NCBI GenBank assembly: GCA_051294375.1
Contig: CM119267.1
Coordinates: 11,667,553 to 11,731,552 of the forward strand
Length of the DNA stretch: 64,000 nucleotides
Origin: Paraspadella gotoi
Taxonomy: Eukaryota; Animalia; Chaetognatha
Reading direction: 5' to 3'
Part shown: in pieces, positions 40,601 through 54,775 of the stretch
Numbering within the stretch: position 1 is the stretch's first letter
Layout: every line of letters begins with the position of its first letter
Position numbers and translations under genes: made by a program
Notes under the pieces: model-generated
The model's input: the letters and a program-made list of their open reading frames with translations, nothing else
What the model was told of the DNA's origin: nothing
Database searches by the model: none

Positions 40601-43458
40601 GAAGAACATCAAGGAGGATCTCAAGCGTGTCTTCAATCGCCTTAGCCGACAAGGCCTCATCGTCAACCGCGCGAAATGTGTTTTTTTGGCGCTCCAGCCT
40701 GGAGTTTCTCGGCTAACACAACGTCGACAAAGATGGCGTCCGCCCCTTTCCGTCGAAGGTAGAGGCACTACGCGAGATGGCACGCCCACACACCGTCAAA
40801 GAACTCAACGTTTTCTTGGGTCTTCAACACTACCGCCGATTCGTGCCCCACGCGCACATCATCTTGACCCCTTCTTGAAGTTCTCCGCGGAACAACCGCG
40901 CATGCTAAAAGGGCAGCCCCCGCAAGACGCCGCTTTCCAGGCAATCAAGGACGCCTTGCCGACTCCACAATGCTGGTCCACCCTATCGACGGCGCTCCTC
41001 TCGCTCTTAACTGTCGACGCCTCGACGTCGCCCGTCAGGGGCCGTCCTCTAACAGCTTTGTCGACGGCCAGTGGCAGCCCCTGGGTTTTCATTCAAAGCA
41101 CTGAAACCCAATCAACGAAAATGGCCACCCTTCGACAAGGAGCTTCTTGCCGCCTCACGTTCTAGGTGTATTATGATGGAGCCTCCAATTCGCATTTCCG
41201 CCCATACGTTGAACGACGCCGCTTCACGCTTTTTAGCGACCATATCTTCGCTGTGCCGGCACTCGGAAGAAGGCCGAACCTCACAACCATGAGGCAAACT
41301 ACCAACTGCGGGCATTAGCCGAATATACCGGCGACACCGTCATATCGCCGGAAAGGCGAACGTCGTTGCCCGAACGCCCTTTCCCGCCCGCCAACTCCCC
41401 CACCAAGCGCCGAACACCATCGACACCCTACAGATTCGACTGATGCCAAACTTGAACGCCCAAAAAGAGCGTGAAGACATTGCTGCCACCTGTCAATGCC
41501 GTCGGTGCCTCCAAGTCAACTTTGAGGCAATGGCGACTGATCAAGCCCATACCGAGGCGACGTCCAACGTCTTCTCACGACCCCCTATACGGCGTCCGTC
41601 CAAAAACATCCCGATCAGCAACACGAGCGCTTCATATTTGCGACTTCTCGGCTTCCCGGGCAAGCCCACATCGTTCGCGTCATGGCGCCCGACGCGTGTG
41701 TTATAAGTTCCTGCTCGGTCGTTTTTTGACGCCACCCATGGCATCGCTGCACACAAAACCGGGAGTTCGCGCATCCAAAAAGCTTTTTGTGACGGGGACG
41801 CGTTTTGTATGCGCCATCAGCATCGTCCGACATCGCACGATGGGCAGCGTCATGCGACACCTGTCAGCGCGCGCAAAACTCAGCGCCTATGCTCCGCGCC
41901 CTTCTCTCAGAGTTTCGAACCACCGTCTAAACGTTGCAACACGCGTGCAATATTGCATCTGGTGGGGCCGCTGCCAGCCTCTCCTGGTCAAACCATCATC
42001 TTTTAACTATGATTGACTCGCTTTACGCGATGGCCAGAGCGGCGCCTCTCCGTGACACCTCCGCCAGCCTCCGTCGCCGGCTGCTTCTTAACAAAACTGG
42101 TTCTCTCGTTTTGGCGTCCCTTCCGTCGTCAACCTACCGATCGGCGCCCATTCACATCGGAATTGTGGCGCCAAAGTGGCGGCGTAGTCGGCTTGAGCCT
42201 TCCACGACGACACCTACCACCTTCCAATCCAACGGGATGGGTAGAAGACGCCTTTCATGGACGCTTAAAGCGGCCTTACGCGCCCGCTGCGACGTCCGCC
42301 GGAAATAACTGGTTGGCGCAACTTCCTTGGACTCTCTTGAGTCTCGCGCAACCTCACGAGAAGATTTCGGACGCCTCTCGCCGCTTGAATTTTAACGCTG
42401 GTGAGACGCTGAACGCTCCCTGGTGGAGCTACTTCCGGTCCGACAACCGACGTCGACGATCTAGCCGCCCGTTTCGCGAAATCCTCGACGATCTCCGTGC
42501 AGATGTTGCCCTCATGCAGCCTCTGCCGCCCGCTTGGCATGCGGCGGGCCGCCTTCATCACATCCCGGAGAAACGCTTCATCGGTATTGCCGCCAACGCG
42601 CTTCTACGTCCGACGCGACGGACCAATTCGACGCCACTTCAACCGCCTTACGACGGCCCTTTACAATGTCCGCGAAACGTGGCCCAAAAACTTTCAAAAT
42701 CGAAATACCGGGCCGCGGCGTTGAAGTTATTCCGTTGATCGACTGAAACTGCCGTCCACCGAGACGAAGCCGCACCTTCCTGATCCACGCAGGCGGGCGA
42801 CCACGTGGTCGCCCGCGTCATGTTCCAACAGCGGCACCATCGACGTTCACGACGAAGTCGCACCCCCTGATCCACCGCAGGCGCGACCACAATGGTCGCC
42901 CGCGTATCTCACACCCCGCCTATGGAAACGGAAAGCGGCGCCACCACAGGCAGCGACCACGTGGTTTCGCCCGCGAAGCGGACAGCCATCTGCAGTCCCG
43001 CCCACCGTCACCGCCTCCATGAAACGGAAGCGGCGCCTACTCGCGTTTTCCCATGACGTGCCGCAAGTTTCTTCGTGGCATCTTTCGTCAATACCCTGGT
43101 CTTATCAAGCATACTTCCACGATGCTCAACCGCCGGAAGACGACGAACGAAAACGACGACGCAATTCAATAACCTCTTTTCACAAGCCTTCTCCCCACCG
43201 GTAAAGGCTTGGTGGGGGGATGTGTGGAGAACATTCTAGAACACGCAAACCTCGGTCAACGCACTTGACCTTCCAACTACCCTCGCTTCAATTTCCCCCA
43301 ACTTATTTTATGGTCAAAACGGTTGACCTTTATGGTCAACGTTGACGCTTTGTAATACGCATTGTAATAGACTTAGCATCTGACGCATTTTGACTGTTAT
43401 TGTTTATAACGTTGTTGAAGAATAAATCATTCTTACTCTGAAACTTGTTGCGTCCACA
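37610..43458 (+). mobile_element. Full-length Ty3/Gypsy LTR retrotransposon (CsRn1/Kabuki-like); ORFs frameshifted in this assembly
   Basis: LTRs at 37610-37850 and 43223-43458 (TGT...ACA). TSD ACAGT at 37605-37609 and 43459-43463. PBS TGGTGAGCCCGACGTGA and a G-rich PPT before the 3' LTR. Gag CxxH(x9)C near 39411-39451 (one indel assumed). Then PR (LVDGG), RT (KIDL..HQI, PFGLKNA), RNase H (LTVDAS, FDKELLA) and integrase (FTRWPE, PYDGP) in Gypsy order. Confidence 0.95.
37853..37869 (+). other. Primer binding site, tRNA-Trp type
   Basis: TGGTGAGCCCGACGTGA differs by one base from the complement of the recalled animal tRNA-Trp 3' end (TGGTGACCCCGACGTGA). Confidence 0.75.
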
Positions 43459-45319
43459 ACAGTCAACCAAAAGTCTTTCCCCCGCGATTCGTGCGAGTAG
43501 ATAAGCCATGATCTTTATTTCCTCCGGTGGGGGAGTAAGGGGGAGAGAAAAGGGGACCCAATTCTTTTTAAGGTCAAGGGTCGTCGGGCGTCGCCAGTTC
43601 CCGGCCCAGCATACTAGAGAAAAGAAGAGAGAAGAGAGAGAGAGAGATGGAGAGAGAGGAGAGGAGAGAGAGAGAGAGAGAGAAGAGAGGGTTGAGAGAA
43701 GAGAGAATGGGACCGGAGGGGGAAGGCAAAAAAGAGAGCTTATATCCTCAATNNNNNNNNNNNNNNNNNNNNNNNNNTATCCCTCAACAACGTTATAAAT
43801 CGGCCCCCGATATCATCTCGAGGCGGCGGAGAGGAAATTATCGGGCTTCGATGCGAGTCTCAGAGGCTGGAAGTTTTTTTTGACGAACGCGGCAGAGGCG
43901 GCGGCGGCGGCGGCAGAGGCGGCGGCGGCGGCAGCGGCGGCGGCGGCGTTGTCTCTCATGAACGCGGATCAGTTAATCCTAGTTAAGTAGTGAAGTGACT
44001 ACTCTTTCGATCCACGATTAACGATCGCAATGTTTATTGTTTATTTAATCATCGTCGCGGGATGAATTTGTTATCTAATTCTTTATCTTGATCTAAAGTT
44101 TAAGTTTGTTAGTTTTTTTGAATATTTTGTATTTTCTGCCTCTTGTTCCGAAGTTCCTTTTTATTCTCATTCGGATCTATTGTAATAACAGTTTTAACTT
44201 CATCGATATCTTCACTTGTCCTAATTTCCTTGACGTTGTCTCCCGCGCTATCGTACAACGAAATATTGATAGATATCACTCTCCTCACCCAGCTCACTAA
44301 ACCACATCGCTTTCAACTTACGATTCATCTCACCTTTCTCGTTCACCCGAGGTCCGAAGCGTTCGGCTCAAGTCACGGAATCCCGCTTTCGTTGAACTTA
44401 CCTCTCGCCCGAACTCGTAACCTTGCCCTATTCCTCTCTCGTCCCGTTTTCTGCCCCCGGTTTTCTATCGTCCTCGACTCACCTTTCTTTCCCCCTTCCC
44501 TCTTCTCCTCTCCCTCTTTCATCTCGCCGCTTTTATTTTAACGAGGTGCGTTAAAGATAAGAGGGTTTTTCATTGTTGCTTCGCATCGACGACTCCGGCG
44601 GTATAATTCTTTCCTTTTTTTCCCCGCTTTCACTCATTGCGATTTTTTTTATCTAAACTCAGCACCTCCTCTTACCTCACCAACCCCGTCTTACCTCACC
44701 CTCTCGTTCCGCCGCCTCGGTCATTCTCTCACAGCCTCTGTTTATTTTTCTTTTTCTAACTCGGAGATTGGAAGCGCGAGAAAAATAACGCGCGCGCAAC
44801 AAAAAAGAAAGAAAAAGCAACATTTTTTTTGTTGGCGTTGTTATATTTTTCCCTGCGTGCCGAGCGCCGGTTTTGTTTTGTCTTCGACTAGCAAACCGTG
44901 AAAAGGAAAAAAAAAAGGGATGGGAGAGAGAAAGTAAGAAACAAAGTTGTTGTCTTCATCGCCGGGTTGGTTTTTTTTTTTTTTCGTCATCGTCGTCTCC
45001 GTCGTCGTAATCGTCGTCGTCTTCGTTTGTCGAGTCGTCAAGCTACGAGGAATTGTTTAAAGCTCAGCCGACTTCGCGGTCGAACAATCGACAATTTAAA
45101 AAATATTTAAAATAAACCAAATTGAAAAAATTGGCAATCGGTAGAATTTTGGAATTGAGAAAAATGTTTTTAAAACCAAAACGCGGAGGCGGACATCTTG
45201 TCAAGTCTTCGTCAAAATCGACGAAACTGCGTTTTTGCAATCAGTGTGTGACATTTTTTTTCCTCTTCAATATATAATAAAAACTTGAGACAGAGTCAAA
45301 CATCTCTCTTGGAGACACG

Positions 45320-45919
45320 TCAAAATGTGACGTTGACGTAGTTTCCTTCCACGTCTGCCGCCCTCCTCCTCTTCCCCGCAGCCTCGACGTGAACGGCTAT
45401 CGCCTCGTAGACGAAGCGGAATTGCTCCGGCGTCTGAATCATGCCGAACCTTTGGCGCCGCAAAAGCTTGACGAGATGATAGATATCCAACGGGGCCGAG
45501 GTCTCGCCGCCCTCCCTTAACCCCGACAGCAAGCAGTCCAACGCGATGAAGGTGCCCGTGCGGCCGATTCCCGCCGAGCAGTGGACGATGACGGGCCCCG
45601 CCTCGGCGCCAAGTTCCTCCTGCGCAGCGTGGGCGTCCCAGAGGTATTCGAGGACGGTGGCCGGATCACGGGGCACGCCGGCGTCGGGCCAGGCCACGAA
45701 GTGATATTGCCAGACGGTCTGAGAGGTGACGGAAGACGTGGGAGCGCCGGAATTCGGCGGCGTCTCCAAGGTCCACTCCAAATGGCGCACGACGTAAGCG
45801 TTCGACTTTCGGACGTGAAGGAGGCGAACTCGGATCGTCGTGGCGCCGTCATTAAGGATTTTGTCAGAGTCTTTGTTTTCTGGCCAATAACTATAAAAAA
45901 AGGATAATGTATAAATTCA

Positions 45920-45982
<63 letters not shown>

Positions 45983-47930
45983 CATATTTTAATCATTTAA
46001 TAGCCTTATGTTTGTCTCTGCATTCATTCGATAATAATAACCCACTTTTTTTCCAAATGAACGGGCTTTAAACAGATTAGTTTTCAAATCGCCAACGACG
46101 ACGAAAACGACGACGACGAAAGCGACGAAAGCAGCCACGCCCCCTTCATTCCTCACCGCGAACACTTTTTCTTCTCCCCTTCCTTTTCCCGCGTCAACAT
46201 GACGATGACCCTCGAATTCTCCTGGACGATCATCCGCCAAAAGTCCACCTCAGTTCTGACCAGCGGCCCCTGTGCCGCCACGTAACACCGGGGGGGCGGC
46301 GCCGCCTCGTTCACGGCGTACTCGTGGAAGGGATTGCCCATTGGCGGTTTGACGCGACTGGCGTTGATGTATCCACCTCCGCCGCTGCCGCTTTGCCGCA
46401 GGATAACTCTGGTCTGATCGAAAGGCAAGATGTTTTTGTAGCGGTTCTTCAACTTGTTCCCCTCTCGTCCCGCCTCGTCGTAGGAGATTCCGGCGTAGTC
46501 CTCTAACGCCAGATCCTCGAACTGGCCGAAAAAGCCGACGCCGCCCAGTCTTGCCAACTTCGACGCCACCTCGGCCGCCTCCGAGGCTAGGAAGGCGGTG
46601 TTGGGCAGAGGGAACCGGAGCGGCACGAAGCCCAAGGCCGTTTTGATCATGGCTCCTTGCTGGCACTTGGCCACGAGGGAGCGGAGATCGCCATGTTTGT
46701 TGGTGGCGCCGTCCAGGCTGTAGCGATTGTCTTTGTCCGATTTGATGGGGACGTGGACGATGGAGTGAGACTCGGTCATGATGGAGAATACGAAGTTTTC
46801 CGGTTGAGTCTTGGAGGGCCGGACGATGTAGCTACCTTGGGAGGGTAGGGGGTAAAATGGTAAAGATCGTAAAAAAAAACAGAAAGAAGGGAAGAAAGGA
46901 AAAAACGAAACTGACTAATAAATAAATAAACAAACAAACGAACCGAAGGACAATAAAGAAAGAAAAAAACAAAATATGAAATTTATTTTATTTCAAATAA
47001 TCTAAATTACCTAAACAATAACTCGGCCATTTAATCAAACAGACCAAATAATTTTCTCTCCTCAACCTCCGCCCAAAAAAGTCCATTAAAATCAAAAATC
47101 ACAATGGCCTCTAACCCCACGCCATTTCCTCCCCCCCTCGCTTACCCGGCACCCCGTGCTTATTGACGAAAGCCTCCGCATCCTGCCGCAGTCCCAACGC
47201 ATCGTGCATCCACTTCTCTTTGCCGACGTCGAAGTCCGGCGATGGCAAAGGGTGTTGGAGGCGAAGCCCGCGGGGAAGTCGGAGTTTATTGTCGGTGGTG
47301 AGGAAATCGGGTCGACTGAAGGGGGAAGGGGTGTGGATGGGACCGTTAATCCCGGGAATCTGGAGTTCATGTCGACCTGGGTTTTTTTCGTTTTTGTGGC
47401 TAGAGTTGGCTTCGTTCAAAACAAATATTCTCAACGATTTTATTTTCATGGTTTTAAACCAATTTGTATTGTAGTTTGTTGGTATTTTCTTAAACGCGCT
47501 TATAATAAATATATATAGGTAACTTTTTTATTTATTTGTTCTTTTTCGAATGAAGCGCAATGACCGATCTGTAATTAACTAAGATTTTTCCGAAGCAGCG
47601 AGACGAATTTCTTTCCCCGACCGACGACGACGACGGCGACTAAATCTCGTCTCCCGCCAGGAATTCTCACCTGACGCAATGCTCGATCAGGTCCGCGAGG
47701 GAGGCGAACGTTTCGGGGATGCCGTAGATTTCGTAATAGTCGCCCTCGTTGCTGACGCTGACGTGAAAGACGTCGCCTCGCCACCGGACGGAAATGGCGT
47801 AGATTTGGCCGAGAGAGCCGCGACTGGAAGGGCGGACGAGGAAGACGCCGTCTCGGCCGTCGCAGCTGAGAACGTCGGCCGCCGCCACGCCGCTTAATCC
47901 GCGATGGAAGCAACGTATAGCGGTCGCCAT
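45320..47930 (-). CDS. PTPN11: SHP2/corkscrew-family tandem-SH2 protein tyrosine phosphatase (divergent)
   Basis: Exons 47930-47671, 47315-47146, 46835-46157 and 45890-45320 are in phase. Motifs: N-SH2 (FLVRPS, NEGDYY), C-SH2 (WMH, YIVRPS), PTP KNRYKNILPFD, YINAS, QGPL, WPDAGVP, VHCSAGIGRTG, QTPEQ, and a C-terminal YVNV. Confidence 0.93.
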
Positions 47931-48113
47931 CGCGGCCAAGCGGCGACGACGACGATGAAGACGACGACGATGAAGACGACGACGATGATTTTCTTCAGCT
48001 ATAAAATTTTTTGGATTAATTTCGTGGCTTTTTTGAAAAAAGTCGTTTTCGCCCTTTATTTGTGGTTCTGGCCAAGGGATTAGCGGGTTAGCGTCAAGCA
48101 GACGGAAGATATA

Positions 48114-48159
<46 letters not shown>

Positions 48160-49696
48160 CACCGCACGTTAAGAATCGCTGTCAACCTGCTAACACCTGT
48201 TCAAACCCTGTGGCCAAGCCACCTGTTGCCAAGATTTTTTGAAAGTTCGAAGATCTCGTTGGTTTTTTCTTCTTCTATTCGGAAGTCCGGATTCCGGAAA
48301 ATGCAGGCTAGAGTAGAGATTTCTTCACCGTTAATAACTGTGTAAACGGTGAATTTTAACGTTGAAATTCGGTTAAATTTTATACTTTCCAATTTTTATT
48401 TTTTGGTAAAGAATCAGCAATTTTAGATAATTTTTTTGCCAAAAGCTTAAATGATTTTATATGTTATTATTTTAATATGAATGAATTAGTATTAATTAGT
48501 ATTAAAATTAACTTTACTTTGTTTTTTTCACATTAATTTTCTACTTCTTATTTACCTGCCTTAAATTAGTATTAAAATATTGTTTAGAATAAAGCTTCAA
48601 GAAAGATTAAAAAAATAATTCCAAGAATAAGCATAAAAGTTATGAGTATTCCAGTGCTGATGTTTACTGGGCTTTCGAGTATCCATTTAAATCAGTGACA
48701 TATACAGTTTAAATCAGAAATTGAAGGAAGGTGAATAGAAATCAGGGGATACAATGTATGATACCTTTTACCCCCTATTGAAAAAAAAAAAAAAATAGAA
48801 GAATTAAAAAGCATTCTCCTCAAGAGAAGCAACTTTAAAACTCTCCGTGCTCTTTTATTGGCCACTGAGCTTCTCCAGGAGATAAAAAAAAAGATATGAA
48901 AAAAATATAATATAAACTACTTTTAGACTAAAATGGGAAGTGCATCAGTACTTTTATCTTTAAACTCTAAACGCTCCTAAAAGTTATAAGTTATGAAATT
49001 TGAATAATGATTCTTTGATTGCTTTGTTTATTAATTCAGGGTATATTCTTTCTTCTTTAGTTTTATAAGTGCATCATATGTATTGAAATAAGCTTTTAAT
49101 CCAAAGTTTTACTTGTTTTTCCTGATTTTATACTTATATAATGATGGTAGGTGATAAGTAGGTAAGTAGTAGTAAGTAGGTGGTAAGTCGCCTCAATATT
49201 ATGAAATAAGCAAAGTTACTAAATTAACGATTTTAAACGTTTGCGGCTAAAAAAGTCAAATTTCAACAGTTAACTGACGTTTTAGAAAAATTATTGCAAG
49301 CCAAAGACGGATGCGGGTCCGGCTTAGGTTAATTTTTTTTATTTTTGTAATCAACACTCGATGCTGGTTATATATTTTGTTTTAATTAAGTTTTTCTGCT
49401 TTGTGCGTTTTATCCCATGAGTTAAATTGTCAATCGGTTTTTAAAAAAGAGAATATTTATATAAAATAGCTTTCCCAATAGACTGTGCTTAGTAGGGACA
49501 AACTGGGAAACGAGACGAAGCATGTTTTTCCTGAATAAGGCTGCTGCTGCTTAGCTAGATTCTCAGCTAATGACTCGGACGGCAGAGCTTAAATCGGCAG
49601 AGGTAGAAGCAGCGGGCGAAACAGGGGCTGCGGTCGCAGCTCGGGAAGTCGACTTTTCTGTCGTTGAAGAAAAAGGGGAAAGAAAGAGAGAAAGAG

Positions 49697-49731
<35 letters not shown>

Positions 49732-51600
49732 CAGACAGTAGAAAAATATACAAATAAAAACGACAAAAAAGAGTGAGAAAATGAGGAATTGATGCCCAAA
49801 AGAAATAAAGTGAAAAAAATCTGTCAATATATGTAAAAATCACATATGGTATGAAATTTCTACGCCCCAAATTATAATTTTCCAGAAATTTAATAAATAT
49901 ATATTATAAAAGCTAACTTGCCCCTGACTATTCTTTTGTTCCAAAAGAGAAAATTCGGGAGACTGAGGTCGAGCTTTAGCGGCCTCTATGATTTCAAAGA
50001 AATTATGTGTTTTTGTCTAAATATCCTTTTTAAAATTTTTCTTGAACTCTTTGTTGGTAAAACCGTAGTTATAATACCTATCTAGGCCATGGTTTACACT
50101 CTTATCATCTCTGCGAGCGAGTGAGTTAGTTTCCATACTTCGGTGTCTGATGGGATAAATAGTCGAATAAGTCAGGAGCAAGATAGATTATTTTTTTGAA
50201 TGTTGGTTTTTCAAATTCTTACAGAATTTGAATATTTGATAACTTAAAAATTTAGGACAGCGTTGTTACTTTTAATTCAGACTGAAAATTAAAACAAGAT
50301 TTGAATACGTACGTATGATTGATCTGACTCTTCCTTTTTAATTACCAAGAAGAAGACGCGAGATCAAAATAATTTACTTATTTTATTTCTGAAGGAACCA
50401 GTTTACTTTTTTCCTCGGAAAGTTAGAATCCAACTTCATATCAGAGGATCCAGTAAGTACAATCACGGACTCTCCGATCAGAAATCAGAAAACTGCGATT
50501 GGTCAGTAAACATGGTCAAAGGGATCATCGATTAACTACTTTTTACGCTACTTTTATTTTCATTTTTTATAGTTAGCGAAGTTAAAATGGGTCCACATAT
50601 AAACTTAAAGAGAGACAAAACGTGTTTCATAGAGTCCCTACCACTGCAAGCAGGAAAAAAACCAGGCTTTTATTTTACAATTTAGTCATCAGAATGAAGA
50701 AGTCGAAATTCATTCAAGTTTTAACACGGTTCAATAAAACCATCAAATTAGCCAAAAAATTTCGGCCAATATTTCGGACGGAAAGCATCAGCGCAATCAC
50801 TTGGCTCAAATTTCCTTTCATTTTTCAATTTTCTGTCTCTCTGTCTCTATCTCTTTCTCTTCCTCTCTCTCTCCCTCTCCCTCTCTCGTACACATCTAAA
50901 TGGAAACAAAATATTAGCGACCGGAATCCGGTTATTTGGAAAAAAGGTGAGTGTACTGACGTACCAGGATGGCCATTCCTGTTTCCCTCTCTCTCTTTCT
51001 TTTTCGAGATTCTCGTCGGCTGAGTTAATTAACTTACCTCTTCCTATGCCAATCAATTGTGATAGCCATAAATAAAAAAATCGTCCATAATATTTTTCCC
51101 ATTTCCATCTCGCCAAGGTAAGTTTTAAGATAATTGACTTCCGAAGTAAGTTTGATAGGTTAAAGAACCTGTACATTGGGGATTTGGTACAAGTGTCCTA
51201 TTTTCGTCTTCTATAAAGGTTACAGCTGCTACGCAATTGATAAAACAGCGAAATAATATACTATTTTTGCTAATGGGAGAATTTTTTTTTTCACAATGAC
51301 TTTCGACTTTCGAATATCGACTTTCGGTTGTTTATTTAACTGTCAATTCATTTTGTTCGGAAACTACGGTTATGTTTTTTATTTGGAATGCTAGAATCAT
51401 ATACGTAACTCTAATAAAAAAAATTACAAAATCAAAATAGACTTGGTTGCCATGAATTGAATTGACATTTACGAAAAATGACCTCATTCGCCGATTCCTC
51501 TTGATCGTCAAGACAAATACCTAAAATCTTTTTTTTTTAAGTTTCCAGATCTTTAAGTCTTTAAGTATTTAAGTCTTTAAGCCTCAGAACTCTCGTCAAA

Positions 51601-53280
51601 ATGATTGAGGAGGAGATTAATGTGGACGCTCTGCTCGAAGACCTCAAGATGAACTGCGGTCACTTTTATCCCACTGGAGCCTATTTCTTGCTATTGTACA
51701 ACATCATGATCGGTATTTTGAATAAAGATCCGTAATTTTTAAAACCGACTGAATATAACCCCATATCCTTCATGACTCCTAAGTGATGATGGACGTGTTC
51801 ACGACGAGCTTCACCGCCTGGGTGCCCGACGCTTTCAAGACGAACATGAAGTCCTCATGGGGAAGTCGTTACGAAGAAGCTTTTCCGGAGGTAAGGTGGG
51901 GGAAAAGGGAATTCGAGATCGAGGACATTACCCGCATTGCACACTTCAGGTCTGCAACGAAACTCTCCGTGCATCGTTCGGCGGAAACCTCACGGCGAAT
52001 TTGCCCAGTGAAGTTACCAGTCAACTAGACAAGAGCGTCGTTGCCCAGTTCTTAATCATTTGCAAAGGAGACGAGATTTTCGTCAACCTGACAAACACCA
52101 TATTTTTGGTAATAAAAAAAAACCTCGAGAGCAGTATCAGTTTTTTCATTTACTTTTATTTGATAACTGATCAATTAAGATGATTTTAAATTATCTTTTC
52201 AACCTAAAGAGTCACCTTTCTTTTAATATGGCGATGAATTATAATCTTTATCGCTCTTTAATCTTCACTTCACATTATCACTTTTATCGCCTCAGGTGGG
52301 AGTCATCATCGCCTCCTTCATAGCGATGCCGATCGCCGATGCCCTCGGCCGCAAACCTGTCCTTTTCGCCAGGTACAGGCTAGGCAGGATGACCGGAGAG
52401 AGAGAGAGAGAGAGAGAGAGAGTGTGTGTGTGAAACATTCTCATTCTAATTCTAAATGTATTACCACTTTTGGGGCCAGACAATTCGTTTGACATTTGAC
52501 TTAAAATAGATGCCTTGTTCTTTTTTTTCTTTTTTTATATATAACAGAGGCCTCTATTTTTGCAAAGAATCTTTAAGAAAGAAAATTTTTTTTGGGGGGG
52601 GACTCTTTCTTTGTTGCGAAATAGATTTCATTCTTAATCTTATTCCTCGGATTAAGCCTGTGGATCATGGGCGTGGCGCATGTCGTCGTCATCTTCAGCA
52701 CGGACATCGACCAGTATCTGGTGTTTCGGTGAGGATAGTATATATTTCAATGAAAGAAGGCAAATGGGATGAATACAAAATGAATATTTATATAAAAGCA
52801 ACGTTAATTGTTAACGTTTATTTTTAGTCTAAACCTTTAATCTAAACTAGAAGAGATATTTGCGACTAACGTAGACGACTTCAAATTCTCAACACACTTC
52901 AGATTCATCTGCGGGATCTTCCACGCCGGCTCCGCTTTCTGCAACCTGGTCATGTTCGGCGAGCTGTTCGGCCCCACCCACCGATTTCTCACTTACCTTT
53001 TCTCCGGCCTCACCCTCCCTTTCGGACTCAGCGGCCTGGCGCTCATTGGTTACCTCCTTCGCGATTACATGTGAGTTTTTTCGTTAAGTATGACAATGAC
53101 AACGACGACAAAGAATTAACTCTATTGCATTAATTTCTTTAGCTACATTCACGTCGTCTTCGCGTGTCTTTACGGAGTCACGTTTGTGACATTTTGGTTC
53201 GTTCCCGAATCAGTAAAGTGGCTGTCGACCCGAAAAGGCCGGCGTAATCGGAAGCGGATCATTAATAATATTGTGAGAGA

Positions 53281-53357
<77 letters not shown>

Positions 53358-53377
53358 AGAGGAGAGAGAGGGGGGAG

Positions 53378-53408
<31 letters not shown>

Positions 53409-53467
53409 TGAGATTAGAGAGAGAGAGAGTGAGAGAGAGAGAGAGTGAGAGGGAGAGAAGAAAAATA

Positions 53468-53499
<32 letters not shown>

Positions 53500-53521
53500 A
53501 AAGAAAGAAAGAAAGAAAGAA

Positions 53522-53557
<36 letters not shown>

Positions 53558-54739
53558 ACGAATTATTCAACTTTCCTTGCCAACAGGTTCCGAACTCAAC
53601 GGACGGCTGGACGACTACCTCATCACCGCGGACGAGACTCTCCGAAAACAGTGGCACGACATCCTGCGCAAGAAGTTGAAGGATCGATACGTGAAGAGTT
53701 TCCAATCCTCAGACGAGAAAGGCGGACAAACCAACAAGATCTTCGTCGTCGGCGACGAATCCGGTGGAACCAACGGGATCGCCGGCGTCGGAAATAAAAA
53801 CGCTCTTACCAACGGGAACTCTGGGGCGATCGCGACGACGAGCGACGCGATGGTCGATCCGGACGAAGGGCCTGAGATCGAGGAAGCGGCCACGTCCAGA
53901 GATAAGTGAGTTGTGACTCGATCGAAATGAAAGCGGGAATAGTTGGATGGCCTTCTATAAGTGACGTACGGAGTTTTGAATGTATTTGACGTTATTTGTT
54001 TAATTAAATTATTAAGACTTTATTCTGATATTTTGGTATGCCCTGAGAAATTTCATTATTATTTTTTTTTTCTATTTTATTAACTTCTTTGCTCAAACAG
54101 GCAGACAAACCGTCTTATAGAATAGAATAAAATCATAATGCTAGATTCAAAATAAGCGTTAGACTTTAGATACTAGGTATAAAATAAATTCATAAATTTG
54201 TCCACAGGTTTTTATCATAGTAATCATTTATCCATACATCTTTCACATTGTTGTATCAATTGTTTCCATTAAACGATCAAACCCAAATTTTTTTTTTTTC
54301 CGGTTCCAGGGAAAAGACGTGGACCTGGACTCTCATCAAATATCTGATGATCATGTGCTACTGTTGGGGCGTGGTGGGCTGGACCTTCTTCGGCCTTATC
54401 ATGGGTTCCAACGAAGTCAAGGGCAACAGATTTCTCAATTTCTTCATCACCGTTATCGTAGATTTGCCGGGTGAGGAATGAGGAGGAGGAGGAAGGCGAA
54501 GAGGAAGAGTACGGGATGGATTGGCATCAGAAATACGGTCACGAGATTAGAAAGACAAGTTCTCGTCAACTCGATTATTTTAGTAACGTAATATTTCACA
54601 AATAGGAAGGTTGTAAGGTTGTAAGACGATGTATGGTTGCATGTCTAAATATGTTTCGTACTTGTGGTCATCGAGAAATGCATCCTAAAAAGGTTGAAGT
54701 TGAATGTAATTGTTTGTTTATTCGAGGGTTAAGGGTCAG

Positions 54740-54775
<36 letters not shown>

